Below, one piece after another: positions 37,259 through 47,524 of a DNA stretch of 64,000 bases (the first letter of the stretch is position 1; each line of letters begins with the position of its first letter). Location: assembly GCA_002723385.1 (NCBI GenBank), contig PBNY01000069.1, forward strand, positions 24,331-88,330, in the 5' to 3' direction. The DNA comes from Oceanospirillaceae bacterium (lineage in GTDB: Bacteria; Pseudomonadota; Gammaproteobacteria; Pseudomonadales; Oceanobacteraceae). Position numbers and translations under genes: made by a program. Below the pieces are notes generated by a model that was not told where the DNA came from, ran no database searches, and saw nothing but the letters and a program-made list of their open reading frames with translations.

Positions 37259-40200
37259 ATGAAACATATCCTGAGAAAAGATCTGGCTGGCTTGATTCCC
37301 AGTTCGGTAATGCTGAGGCAAGGGCGAGCTTTATTGCTGCTGTTCTGCGCCTTGATTCTGACGGCCTGTGGTGGCGGGGGCAGCGGTTCCAATACCGAAA
37401 GTGGAGCCAACGGTTACGAAATCCAGATTACCCAGCACGACCAGGATAACGACAACCTGGGTGGCGATCTGCGCAAGGCCGAGTCCATTACGGTCGCTGT
37501 GTTCGAAGAAAACACCGACATTCGTGATAACTGTACCTACCTGTCGGATGACCGGCAGTCGTTCGAGTCCGACCCCTTCACCTGGACGCTCGTACCCGAG
37601 GATATGGCGACGCTGAGTGCAACGACCGCCTGTAATGTCAGCTTGGTGGCGGACAAGGCCGGGGAATTTACCCTCACGGCCAGTAATCGGGCACGCACTG
37701 TTGTTCGAACCATTCGTGTTGACCCGGCGTTACTGACCTCCATTACCGTAACGCCAGATACTGGATCGGTGTACAAGGGCCTGACCCAGGATTTCCAGGC
37801 GGTTGGCAATTACAGCGACAATACTCAGGTGGATCTTACCGATCAGGTTGCCTGGACATCGGCATCGCTCAGCCCTGCGGATCAGACTCTGGTTGAATTT
37901 GATGATCAAAATGCCGGTCATCTGACGGGGCTGGAAGAAGGAACCCTGAACGTGTCAGCCAGTTTGGCCAATGACCTGGGGACCACTGTCACGGGCGCGG
38001 TTCCGTTTGAAGTGACTCCGGCAGCGGTTGTCAGCATTGCACTGGAATCGACGCTGGTGGTCCCGCTTGGCAGAGAGCTGGCCATGAACGCCAGCGTGAC
38101 CTTCACGGATCAAAGCGTCCAAAATCTGGCTGGCGATGTCGTCTGGAATATTGCCGATGAAACCATCGCCAGTATTGACGCCGATGGACAATTCAAGGCC
38201 CTGAAAGAGGGGACAACGGAATTATTCGCCACCCGTGATAACAATTACGGCGTACTGATTACCTCCAACACCGTCGCAGTGACGGTTGAACCCCGTTTGC
38301 TCGATAGCCTGAAGCTGGCACCACTGAACGACGAAGTGGACCAAACCGCCCCGGTCATTGCGATCGACAAGACGGAAGCGTTCTCTGTGGTGGGCACCTA
38401 CTCCACGGGCGAAACGGAAGATTTTACGGCTGACAGCTCCGTCACACTGGCCTCCAGCGATACCGCAGTGGCTACTTTTACGGTCAGTGGTACACAAAAT
38501 CTGGTGGGGACTCTGATTGTCGGGAATACCGAGCTGACCGCAACGCGTTTGAATCGCCGTAATGAAGCGGTCGTTGGCCGACTGAACCTGGAAGTGAACC
38601 GCCCAACTCTGGTTCGCATAGATCTCACCAGCCCGCTACAAGCTGGCGACAGCTTTGCCAAGGGTGACAGCATTACCTTGCAAGCCATCGGTCATTACTC
38701 GGACGAATCCACTCGTGATGTCAGCTCTCATACCCAGATCGAATGGCAAAGCCAAACCTCTGGTGTGGTCGACTTTCTTAATGGTGTGACTTCTCCGATT
38801 TTGACGGCGGTACAGATAGGTGCCGGTCAGGTTACGGCCAGCATGGTGAACGAGGAAAGCCAGAGGATCACCAGTAACACACTGGATTTCAGCATCGTTC
38901 CACCGGTGGTTCGCAGTGTACGAATTGATTCAGTTAACGATGGGCAGCTCACCAACAATGCCTTGCGTCTGCCTCAGGGGCTGAGTCATAACCTGCAGCT
39001 GACTGGCATCTTCAGTGATAACAGAGAGGCGGCTCTTCCCGGAGTGAACTGGACTGGCAATAACGATGCATTGGCAACAGTTAACAGCGGTGGCGTTGTG
39101 ACGGCCACCAAAACGGCCGGACAGCTTGGTGATCTGACCATTGCTGCTGCTGTCGAAGCCGATGGAGCCCAGTTCAATGACCAGATCACGACCACTGTCA
39201 CCGAGCCGATTCTGACAAGTCTGGTGGTCGAGCTGGATGGTGACAGCGGTTTCTGGAAAGGACGGCAACAGGATTTCAAGGCAACCGGACGTTTTTCCAA
39301 TGACGAGGAGCGTGTCCTGACGGATCAGGTGAATTGGACGCTGCGCGCTGATGACGCCAACCGGGTGACTCAGTTGAGCAACCCTGAACAGCTCAGTCTG
39401 GACAACGAAGGTGAGGTGCAATTCAGTGCCACCTATACCGATCCTGCTAACGACAATGAAACGACCACCACCCGATATACCTTTACGGTCAAGCCAGCCT
39501 TGCTGGACTCAATTACCGTAGAAGCCAAAAACGAGTTTGGTCTAACTGTGTCGGATGTACCGAGTGGCAAGCAGCAGCAATTTACCGCAACCGGTACCTA
39601 CAGCGATGGCACGACCCAGGTGCTGACAACTCAAACCTCCTGGGCATCCAGTCTTCCGGCATTTCTGAGTATTGTGGCCAGTGGCAACCAGGCTGGACTG
39701 GCGACCGGTGACACACCGACTTCGGACAGCGATGTTCTGAACGTATCTGCCACTCTGACCAACGCCGCTGGTGTCAGTGTTGTTGGGACCTTGCCCTTTG
39801 CCGTGGCTCCCGCAGAGCTGATCAGTACTTATCTTCAGCTGCCTGCTGTCAATCAATACGGTGGAGACATTCCGTTGGGTGCCAGTGAAGGTCTGGATCT
39901 GATCGGCACCTATTCTGACGGTCTGGATCGCCCGATTGACGCATCGCTGGCGGTTTGGTCGAGCAGTCATACGGATATCGCCACTGTGGGTGAATTTACC
40001 GGCCTCGTGACGGCCGTAGCGGGCCAATCTGTACCGACGTCGTTCACTATTACGGCAACGGAGCAGCGTTCAGGCAAACTGCTGCAAGCCAGCTTTACGC
40101 TGCAAACGGCCAAGCCCATATTTGAGTCCATCCGGATCGATCCTGATACAAGCAATGCCGCCTGGCTGGTTGCGGAAGGTGGACAGCGTCAGTTCCGTGC

Positions 40201-43200
40201 CTATGCGGTCTTTACGGATGCCAGCGAACAGGAAATTACTGCCGATATCGCATCAGGCAGCGTGACGGAAACCCTTTGGTCAATACCGGATTCGAGCCAG
40301 ACCAATGTGGTGATGGTGGATAATCGCGCCGGTTTCAAGGGGTTGGTGACCGGTATTCTGTCGGCACCGACGCAGGAAAATACGCTGACGGTATCCAAAG
40401 TGAATAGCCGGGGCTGGAATATTGCTGCCAACGCCCGAATTGTGGTCGGCGATGCCATCCTGACCGCAATCGAAATCAAACCCAATGCAGTGGATCTGGT
40501 GTCTGGTGATGATCAGGCTCTGACTGCCAATGGCATTTTGACCAATAACACCCAGATTGATTTGACCACCCAGGTGCTTTGGAGCAGTCGACGTCTGGAC
40601 GTGGTGAGATTTAATTCGGTACAGCCGAGTCTGGCGGAAGCGACGGGGGCGGGGACATCTCTGATCAGTGCAACCTATCCGGCGCAAAATGGACAGGATG
40701 AAGTGGTTGGTTATCGACAAATCAACGTTGAAGCCAAAGCACTGCGTACATTGACAATCACACCAGCGGTTTCGCGCACCAGTACCTCGCCAGATACTCG
40801 TGCACTGTTCCTGTTGGGTCTGGGTGACCAGCTCACCGCGACCGGTATCTTCTCGGATAGCACTACAGAAAATCTCAGCAGCAACGTCACCTGGAGCAGT
40901 GACCGCACGGATATTGTCACCGTCAGCAGTACTGGCTTATTGGTGCCGGTTGCTGTGGGAGATGCATTGATCACCGCAGAGCAGGACATCGTTGAGTTGG
41001 GTGTTTCCAAAACCATCCGGGTTGAATATCCGGTTCGGGTTGGAACGCCGCTGCTGCAGTCTATCGAACTGGAGCCGCAATCGCCGACCATTCCAGACAG
41101 TACGCGCAAGGCGTTCACCGCATACGGTCGTTACTCCGATGGTACTCGGGTGGACATTACCCAGCAGGTGGATTGGAAGACCGGCTTCCTGGTGGGAGAA
41201 GACCCGGCACAAAAAGTAGGCGTGGTCAGCGATACCGTTGCGGGTAGCGGCGGCGGTATTTTCACTGCCCAGCGCGAAGGGCAAATCTCGGTTTCGGCTG
41301 AACTGGTGAATCAGGACAGCGATACCATTTCATCTTCCACCATTATCACGGTGGTGGGGCTGACCGGACTGGAACTGGAGCTGGATCAAACCACACTCTA
41401 TAAAGGACAGTCAGCAACGCTGCGAGCTTACGGCCTGCTGAGCGACGGCACCCGAGCGCTGTTTGATGATGGCGTCAGCTGGACGCTGCAAACACCGACC
41501 ACACTGACCATCGATACGCTTTCGGATACCTCGGAGCTGACCGTGAATGCCATCGCCAGTGGCAATGCACAGATCGATGCCAGTCGCACCCTGATTGACG
41601 GCACGGTGTTGAACGCCAGTTGGACGCACACGGTTCAGGGGCCGTTGCTGGATCGTATTACCACCGGCATTGATGTGAATGCGGTTCCCAAGGGCATGAC
41701 GCGACAGTTGTCTGCTACCGGACATTACTCGGATAACTCCACGGCTGATCTGACCAGCTCAGTGAACTGGAGCAGTTCCAATACAGCGCTGGCAACGGTC
41801 GATGCAGCTGGTGTTGTAACCGGGCACACGGAAGGTCAGCTGCGTTTGACGGCGACGCAAACCAATGCCGAAAGCCAGACCATTACCAGTGACGCGTTGG
41901 CTTTCACCGTGGAGCCGAAAACCCTCAAGGCACTGGCGATAACCCCCACCGATCCGAGTGTGGCTTTGGGACGCCAGCAGCCATTCTTGGTGAGCGGCAC
42001 CTACAGCGACGATACCGTGGCGGCCAGTGTAACGTCAGGGCTGGTATGGCAAAGCAGCGATACCAGTGTCGCCATCGTCGATGCCAACGGCCTTGTCACG
42101 ACTCTGACGCAGGGGCAAAGCACCATTGAGGCGCGTATTCCTGCAGCCTTGACCACGGGTTCTGGGCCGCTGGACATCTCATCGAGCACAACGTTGACGG
42201 TCAGTGCTCCGGTTCTGAATCAGATCAGTCTGGCCAATATGCCAACCAGTCTGGCGGATGGTCAATCCCGTCAATTGCAAGTCAATGGCACGCTGTCAGA
42301 CGGTTCATCAGCAGGCGCTCTGGCCGCCACCCGTGTTAGCTGGTTCAGCAGCAACAGTGCGGTTGCCAGCGTCAGTGCTCAGGGTTTGCTGTTGGCCAAA
42401 GCACCGGGGCAGGCCAGAATCCAGATCAGTACCATTCTCGATAATGGGGTGGAAGTGGTCGACGAGGCCGTTGTGGTTGTGACCGATAAAGTGCTGGAGC
42501 AAATCCATTTCTCACCCGCAACCTTGTCATTGGCTGGTGGGCGACAGGCTCAACTTACTGCCATTGGTACTTACAGCGACGGTTCGATCATTGATCCGCT
42601 TGAGCAAGGATTTATCTGGTCATCGGCTAACAGCTCGGTATTGCAGGTTTCCCCAACCGGCAAGGTGACGGCGAAATCGGTCAGCACCAATACCGATGTG
42701 GCGATTACTGCGACGAATACTGCCAGCGGTATTACCGTCACACCAGCCACCGTGACGGTTGAACCGGCGGTGCTGGATCAGTTGTTTATTGCCGGTAATG
42801 GCAGCAGCGTGGCAGTTGGCCAGACGCACACCTTCAGCGTGACTGGTCTGGATACGCTGGGTAACGCCATGACGGCGGCGGAAGTGGGTGCGGTGCAGTG
42901 GAGCAGCTCGGATACAACACTGGCGACCATGGATGCCAGTACAGGCGTACTGACGGCTCACAACACCGGGCGTGTCACCATCATGGTGTCGCAGCGAGTG
43001 GGCGCTGTGACGGTATTTGCCGAAGCCGACGTGCTGCTCGGTGATGCGGTGCTAACCGATATCGAAATTACCGCAGAAGACGGCACCGCGGCAGCGTCGG
43101 TGGCGTTGGGCATGCAACATACCTTCAGTGCCACCGGGGTGTACTCCGATGGCTCGCGCATCAGCAATCTGGATACCGGCTTCAGTTGGAGCCTGACCGG

Positions 43201-46200
43201 AGCGACCGGCAGCGCAGCGGGCGTGATCGATACCAACGGTCAGCTGACTCTGAATGCAGGTGCGGTAGGCGATACCCTTCAGGTGACTGCACTGCCATCC
43301 TCGTCTGGTACGTCTGTGACACAAGCCGCGACGGTTACTGTGGCTGCTGCCGAATTGATCAGTTTGACGATTCAGCAGAATGGCGCGGTGATTCCGGTAT
43401 GCCAGCTGGAATTGTCGAACTGTTCATCTCAGAGTCTGAGTCAAACACTGACTGTCACTGGCCAGGATTCGTCGGGCCAGACCGTTGCCAGCCCAACCGG
43501 TGTTAACTGGAGTGTGTCGGATACTCGTATTGCCACCATTAATGCCTCTTCTGGCGAGATCATTGGACTGACAGCCGGTGCTGTAGAAGTCACGGCTGAA
43601 GTACTGGTGGGCACACGTCAGGTGGTCGCTACCGCCACCTTGCTGGTGGGTGACTCCGAGCTGGTGGCGATTGAAGTACTCTCCGCCGCCGGAGAAAGCA
43701 CCATTGAAGTGGGACTGGGTTTACAGCATCCACTGACGGTACGAGGTCAGTACTCGAATCAGGCCGAAGTGACCGGCATTAGTGGCATCCAGTGGCAGGT
43801 AACGTCTACCGAAGCCAGCAATCAGGCAAGTGTGAACGCCGAAGGTCTGCTGACCGTTCATGCCGGGGTGGCTGGCACCACTCTGACTGTTACTGCAACG
43901 CACACCGCGAGCAGTCTGACGGACAGCCAGACCGTGACGTTGACCAGTGCCGATACGGTTGCCCTGAGACTGGTTGAAACGACCAGCAGTCTGCCGCTGA
44001 ACACCAACAATACGTTGACATTGGTACTGCAGGATTCACTTGGACAACTGTGTCGGGCAACCAATGTCGGCACCGCAACCGCCTGTACCGCATCACAGAC
44101 TTCCGGTTTGAGCTGGAGTGTGTCGGATGCGCGCATTGCGACGGTGGATCAAACCGGTGAACTGCTGGGCCTGAATCGGGGCAGTGTTCAGGTTCAGGTT
44201 CAGTTGCTTGCTGGCCCGGCCTATGATCAGCGCTTGCGGACAGCCACCGCGCTGGTGAATGTGGAAGGCCCGGCGCTGAGATCCATCAGTGTCGCTCCGT
44301 CAACGCTGAATCTGCCTGCGGGCATGCATTATCAAATGACGGCAACTGGCACTTACAGCGACGGCTCAACTGATAGCAATCTGGATAGCGGCTATACCTG
44401 GACGTCGGCTGACAGCGCAGTGGCCTTTGTATCGCCGACAGGTCTGGTCAGCGCCAACAGCGTCAGCAGTGACACTGACGTGGCAATCAGCGTTGTACCG
44501 ACTGACAGCTCGGTATCGGTGTCGGCAGCGACGGTGACCGTTCAACCAGCGGTGCTGGATCAGCTGTTTGTTTCCGATAACGGCAGCAGTGTTGCCGTTG
44601 GCCAGACGCATACCTTCAGCGTGACTGGTCTGGATACGCTGGGCAACGCCATGACGGCGGCTGAAGTGGGTGCGGTGCAGTGGAGCAGCTCGGATACAAC
44701 TCTGGCGACCATGGATGCCAGCACAGGCGTACTGACAGCTCACAACACCGGGCGTGTCACCATTATGGCGTCGCAGCAAGTGGGCACTGTGACGGTATTT
44801 GCCGAAGCCGACGTGCTGCTCGGTGATGCGGTGCTGGCAGGAATTGAAATTATCGCCGAAGACGGTACCGCAGCAGCGTCGGTGGCGTTGGGCATGCAGC
44901 ATACTTTCAGTGCAACCGGGGTGTATTCCGATGGCTCGCGCATCAGCAATCTGGATACTGGCTTCAGCTGGAGTCTGACCGGAGCGACCGGCAGCGCAGC
45001 GGGCGTGATCGATACCAATGGTCAGCTGACTCTGAATACCGGTGCAGTAGGCGATACCCTTCAGGTGACGGCACTGCCATCCTCGTCTGGTACTTCTGTG
45101 ACACAAGCCGTGACGGTCACCGTGGCTGCTGCCGAATTGATCAGTTTGACGATTCAGGAAGCCGGTGTGGTCGTACCTGTCTGTCAGCTGACGGACAGTG
45201 AATGCATCAATGCCAGCCTGAGTCGCACATTCACCGTCAGTGGTCAGAATTCCGATGGCCAGACTGCCAGCAGTGTGACGGGAGTGAGCTGGAGCGTGTC
45301 GGATACCCAGATTGCCAATATCAACTCGCAGACCGGTGAGCTGATTGGCCGGGCCAGTGGCAGTGTTGAAGTGACCGCCGAGGTCAGCGTCAGCGGGCGT
45401 TTGGTATCGGATACTGTTGCAATTCTGGTTGGTGAAGCCGGGTTGACCGGGATTGATATCCAGTCAGCCGTGCAGCAATCGACACTGGAAGTCGCAATTG
45501 GCTTGCAGCATCCGCTACAAGTGATGGGTACCTACTCCAATCAGGCGCAAGTCAGCGCACTCATCGGCATCGAATGGCAGGTGACATCGACTAATGCCAG
45601 CAATCTGGCCTTTGTGAACAGCAACGGTGTCTTGACTCTGTTTGCCGGAGTGTCTGGCAGCACACTGACGGTGACCGCAACACACTCGGAAAGCGGTTTG
45701 AGCGACTCTGTGTCGGTGTCGGTCACTGATGAAGAAATTTTGTCGCTGGCCATCAAGGAATCCAGCACCGTGATGGCGTTGGGCACCACACAAACCCTGA
45801 CGCTGAGCCTGCAGGATTCACTCGGACAAAACTGTCTGGTGACCAATGTGGGTAGCGGTACTGCCTGCTCCTCGGCGCAAACGTCGGGTCTGAGCTGGAG
45901 TGTGTCCGATAGCAACATCGCCTCAATTGATCAGAACGGCCAGATTCAGGCTCTTAACGAAGGCACCGTGCAGATTCAGGCACAGTTGGTGGGTGGCGTT
46001 GCCTACGACCAGCGTGTGTTGAATGCCACCGCGACCGTGGTGGTTGGGGATGCGGAACTGAGTGCCATCAGTCTGTCGCCATCGCTGACCAGTCTGGCTG
46101 CAGGGACCCAGCAGTCCATGACGGTGACGGGGACCTTCACCAACGGTGTGTCAATGACGCTGGTGAATACCGACTTCAACTGGAGCGTCAGCCAATTACC

Positions 46201-47524
46201 AACCGGGGCGGCTGTTACCGTGACACCAACCGGTTTGATTCAGGTGACCAATGGCCCGAATGCCGGTGTAACTGATCCTGTGGAAGTAACGGCAGCCTAT
46301 CGGGATGACTCCTCAATCACTGCCAGCCAGACCTTTACGGTTGGCGATGCTCAACTGGCCAATATGACCATTGGTCAGGCGGGATCGAGTGTTGCTGTGG
46401 CAGGTACCTTGTCACTCACCGTTTCCGGTACGGATACCCAGGGCCAAACGGCAAGCGCTGCCATGCTATCGGGTGTTAGCTGGACGGTATCGGATACCGC
46501 GATTGCCCGCATTGATCCCAGCTCCGGTGTTTTGACGGGTGTGGCCGAAGGTCAGGTGACGGTCTTTGTGGAACAGGACCTGGGCACGGCTGGCATCGTC
46601 ACCACGCAGGCGCAATTGCTGGTGGGCGCAGCTGATGTGGCCAGCATTCGCATTGATACTCCATCGCAAACCTCGGTTGCAGAAGGGTTGCAGTTACAGC
46701 TGAGTGCAACGCTTGTTTACGATAATGGCGTTGAATTGCCCGTCTCTGAAGGCTTGAACTGGGCTATTGCCTCGGAACCGGCCAGCAGCGATATCGTGAT
46801 CAGCAGCAGCGGTTTGCTGACCATCAACAGCTCGGCCTGTGCCGGGCAAGCCGGATGTGAGTTAACGGTGGAAGTGACTCATACCGACTCCGGTGAAACC
46901 TCAACGGCCCAGACCATCACCATTGCAGACACTGAAATCGTATCGCTGGCAATCCAGGAACACGGCCAGATCGTTGCGGTCGGTTCGGATCTTGATCTGA
47001 CCGTTCTGGGGCAAAATGCGGATGGCACCAGCGCTACACTGACCAGTGCCAATGTGGTGTGGTCGGTTTCCGATGCCTCGCTGGCATCCATCGATCAGAC
47101 CGGCAAACTGAGCAGCCTGGCAACCGGCAGCGTGACCGTACAAATCAGCAAGGTGGTTGGCCTGAACACCAGTCCGCGTACTGTGGTTGCCGAGGCGACG
47201 GTGATTCTGGGCAGCGCCACACTGACGGATTACAAGGTCAGCACGTCCGGCGGTGCCGATTTTGTCAGCCTGAAAGTCGGTGATGAGCAGGACTTCTCGG
47301 TTGAGGCTACCTACAGTGATGGCCAGACCGTGGCGGATGTGACCTCCGGTTACAGCTGGAGCACCGATGCTATTACCGGAGAAACAGAACCGACACTAAC
47401 CATCACTGCCGACGGTACGGTTACGGTACAAAGTGGTAATGTCGGTGACAAAACCCGTATTACGATATTGCCGAGCAGTGGCTCTGCAACGGTACAGCCA
47501 GCAACGCTGGAGGTCTCGAACTGA
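37259..47524 (+). CDS. Giant surface-adhesin-like lipoprotein built from Big_2 (bacterial Ig-like group 2) modules
   Basis: 3421 aa. The N-terminus is ...RALLLLFCALILTAC followed by GGGGSGSNTESG, that is a lipobox plus a Gly/Ser tether; an alternative start M18 lies at 37310. The rest consists of ~90-100-aa modules with the Big_2 hallmark, for example ITVTPDTGSVYKGLTQDFQAVGNYSDNTQVDLTDQVAWTSAS. From the length there are on the order of 35 modules, which I did not count individually. There are no RTX nonapeptides and no autotransporter or intimin barrel. Confidence 0.9.
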   Translation: MKHILRKDLAGLIPSSVMLRQGRALLLLFCALILTACGGGGSGSNTESGANGYEIQITQHDQDNDNLGGDLRKAESITVAVFEENTDIRDNCTYLSDDRQSFESDPFTWTLVPEDMATLSATTACNVSLVADKAGEFTLTASNRARTVVRTIRVDPALLTSITVTPDTGSVYKGLTQDFQAVGNYSDNTQVDLTDQVAWTSASLSPADQTLVEFDDQNAGHLTGLEEGTLNVSASLANDLGTTVTGAVPFEVTPAAVVSIALESTLVVPLGRELAMNASVTFTDQSVQNLAGDVVWNIADETIASIDADGQFKALKEGTTELFATRDNNYGVLITSNTVAVTVEPRLLDSLKLAPLNDEVDQTAPVIAIDKTEAFSVVGTYSTGETEDFTADSSVTLASSDTAVATFTVSGTQNLVGTLIVGNTELTATRLNRRNEAVVGRLNLEVNRPTLVRIDLTSPLQAGDSFAKGDSITLQAIGHYSDESTRDVSSHTQIEWQSQTSGVVDFLNGVTSPILTAVQIGAGQVTASMVNEESQRITSNTLDFSIVPPVVRSVRIDSVNDGQLTNNALRLPQGLSHNLQLTGIFSDNREAALPGVNWTGNNDALATVNSGGVVTATKTAGQLGDLTIAAAVEADGAQFNDQITTTVTEPILTSLVVELDGDSGFWKGRQQDFKATGRFSNDEERVLTDQVNWTLRADDANRVTQLSNPEQLSLDNEGEVQFSATYTDPANDNETTTTRYTFTVKPALLDSITVEAKNEFGLTVSDVPSGKQQQFTATGTYSDGTTQVLTTQTSWASSLPAFLSIVASGNQAGLATGDTPTSDSDVLNVSATLTNAAGVSVVGTLPFAVAPAELISTYLQLPAVNQYGGDIPLGASEGLDLIGTYSDGLDRPIDASLAVWSSSHTDIATVGEFTGLVTAVAGQSVPTSFTITATEQRSGKLLQASFTLQTAKPIFESIRIDPDTSNAAWLVAEGGQRQFRAYAVFTDASEQEITADIASGSVTETLWSIPDSSQTNVVMVDNRAGFKGLVTGILSAPTQENTLTVSKVNSRGWNIAANARIVVGDAILTAIEIKPNAVDLVSGDDQALTANGILTNNTQIDLTTQVLWSSRRLDVVRFNSVQPSLAEATGAGTSLISATYPAQNGQDEVVGYRQINVEAKALRTLTITPAVSRTSTSPDTRALFLLGLGDQLTATGIFSDSTTENLSSNVTWSSDRTDIVTVSSTGLLVPVAVGDALITAEQDIVELGVSKTIRVEYPVRVGTPLLQSIELEPQSPTIPDSTRKAFTAYGRYSDGTRVDITQQVDWKTGFLVGEDPAQKVGVVSDTVAGSGGGIFTAQREGQISVSAELVNQDSDTISSSTIITVVGLTGLELELDQTTLYKGQSATLRAYGLLSDGTRALFDDGVSWTLQTPTTLTIDTLSDTSELTVNAIASGNAQIDASRTLIDGTVLNASWTHTVQGPLLDRITTGIDVNAVPKGMTRQLSATGHYSDNSTADLTSSVNWSSSNTALATVDAAGVVTGHTEGQLRLTATQTNAESQTITSDALAFTVEPKTLKALAITPTDPSVALGRQQPFLVSGTYSDDTVAASVTSGLVWQSSDTSVAIVDANGLVTTLTQGQSTIEARIPAALTTGSGPLDISSSTTLTVSAPVLNQISLANMPTSLADGQSRQLQVNGTLSDGSSAGALAATRVSWFSSNSAVASVSAQGLLLAKAPGQARIQISTILDNGVEVVDEAVVVVTDKVLEQIHFSPATLSLAGGRQAQLTAIGTYSDGSIIDPLEQGFIWSSANSSVLQVSPTGKVTAKSVSTNTDVAITATNTASGITVTPATVTVEPAVLDQLFIAGNGSSVAVGQTHTFSVTGLDTLGNAMTAAEVGAVQWSSSDTTLATMDASTGVLTAHNTGRVTIMVSQRVGAVTVFAEADVLLGDAVLTDIEITAEDGTAAASVALGMQHTFSATGVYSDGSRISNLDTGFSWSLTGATGSAAGVIDTNGQLTLNAGAVGDTLQVTALPSSSGTSVTQAATVTVAAAELISLTIQQNGAVIPVCQLELSNCSSQSLSQTLTVTGQDSSGQTVASPTGVNWSVSDTRIATINASSGEIIGLTAGAVEVTAEVLVGTRQVVATATLLVGDSELVAIEVLSAAGESTIEVGLGLQHPLTVRGQYSNQAEVTGISGIQWQVTSTEASNQASVNAEGLLTVHAGVAGTTLTVTATHTASSLTDSQTVTLTSADTVALRLVETTSSLPLNTNNTLTLVLQDSLGQLCRATNVGTATACTASQTSGLSWSVSDARIATVDQTGELLGLNRGSVQVQVQLLAGPAYDQRLRTATALVNVEGPALRSISVAPSTLNLPAGMHYQMTATGTYSDGSTDSNLDSGYTWTSADSAVAFVSPTGLVSANSVSSDTDVAISVVPTDSSVSVSAATVTVQPAVLDQLFVSDNGSSVAVGQTHTFSVTGLDTLGNAMTAAEVGAVQWSSSDTTLATMDASTGVLTAHNTGRVTIMASQQVGTVTVFAEADVLLGDAVLAGIEIIAEDGTAAASVALGMQHTFSATGVYSDGSRISNLDTGFSWSLTGATGSAAGVIDTNGQLTLNTGAVGDTLQVTALPSSSGTSVTQAVTVTVAAAELISLTIQEAGVVVPVCQLTDSECINASLSRTFTVSGQNSDGQTASSVTGVSWSVSDTQIANINSQTGELIGRASGSVEVTAEVSVSGRLVSDTVAILVGEAGLTGIDIQSAVQQSTLEVAIGLQHPLQVMGTYSNQAQVSALIGIEWQVTSTNASNLAFVNSNGVLTLFAGVSGSTLTVTATHSESGLSDSVSVSVTDEEILSLAIKESSTVMALGTTQTLTLSLQDSLGQNCLVTNVGSGTACSSAQTSGLSWSVSDSNIASIDQNGQIQALNEGTVQIQAQLVGGVAYDQRVLNATATVVVGDAELSAISLSPSLTSLAAGTQQSMTVTGTFTNGVSMTLVNTDFNWSVSQLPTGAAVTVTPTGLIQVTNGPNAGVTDPVEVTAAYRDDSSITASQTFTVGDAQLANMTIGQAGSSVAVAGTLSLTVSGTDTQGQTASAAMLSGVSWTVSDTAIARIDPSSGVLTGVAEGQVTVFVEQDLGTAGIVTTQAQLLVGAADVASIRIDTPSQTSVAEGLQLQLSATLVYDNGVELPVSEGLNWAIASEPASSDIVISSSGLLTINSSACAGQAGCELTVEVTHTDSGETSTAQTITIADTEIVSLAIQEHGQIVAVGSDLDLTVLGQNADGTSATLTSANVVWSVSDASLASIDQTGKLSSLATGSVTVQISKVVGLNTSPRTVVAEATVILGSATLTDYKVSTSGGADFVSLKVGDEQDFSVEATYSDGQTVADVTSGYSWSTDAITGETEPTLTITADGTVTVQSGNVGDKTRITILPSSGSATVQPATLEVSN
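42749..43375 (+). repeat. Near-identical repeat copy 1 (two Ig-like modules)
   Basis: It aligns base-for-base with 44531-45157 at an offset of 1782 nt, with only scattered substitutions. At protein level I count about 12 differences in ~209 residues. Confidence 0.9.
44531..45157 (+). repeat. Near-identical repeat copy 2
   Basis: Partner of 42749-43375, for example GQTHTFSVTGLDTLGNAMTAAEVGAVQWSSSDTTLATMDASTGVLTAHNTGRVTIM in both copies. The flanking modules of the same super-repeat are far more diverged. Confidence 0.9.

Larger units (their letters stand above)
42480..47521 (+). repeat. Three tandem coding super-repeats of 1782 nt (594 codons, ~6 Ig-like modules each); the third is diverged and shortened
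   Basis: The module order recurs at ~42480, ~44262 and ~46044: SLAGGRQAQLTAIGTYSDGS, then LPAGMHYQMTATGTYSDGS, then LAAGTQQSMTVTGTFTNGV. Shadow ORFs 42958-43236 and 44740-45018 in the track are near-identical and offset by exactly 1782 nt. Confidence 0.85.

Noticed and set aside
44366-45106. 246-aa minus-strand ORF, and the duplicated 92-aa ORFs at 42958-43236 and 44740-45018
   Set aside because: They are antisense shadows of the giant Big_2 gene. Their duplication simply reflects the 1782-nt coding repeat. It was useful as a ruler for the repeat period but is not evidence of genes.
42480-47521. Tandem repeats as a CRISPR array or other non-coding repeat
   Set aside because: The repeat period is 1782 nt, and the repeats lie in frame within one continuous ORF encoding Ig-like modules. 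There is no short repeat/spacer structure anywhere in the window.
37259-47524. Giant protein as an RTX/T1SS adhesin or an intimin/invasin
   Set aside because: There are no GGxGxD nonapeptide repeats and no T1SS ABC, MFP or TolC genes nearby. There is no N-terminal LysM or beta-barrel. A clear lipobox is present instead.
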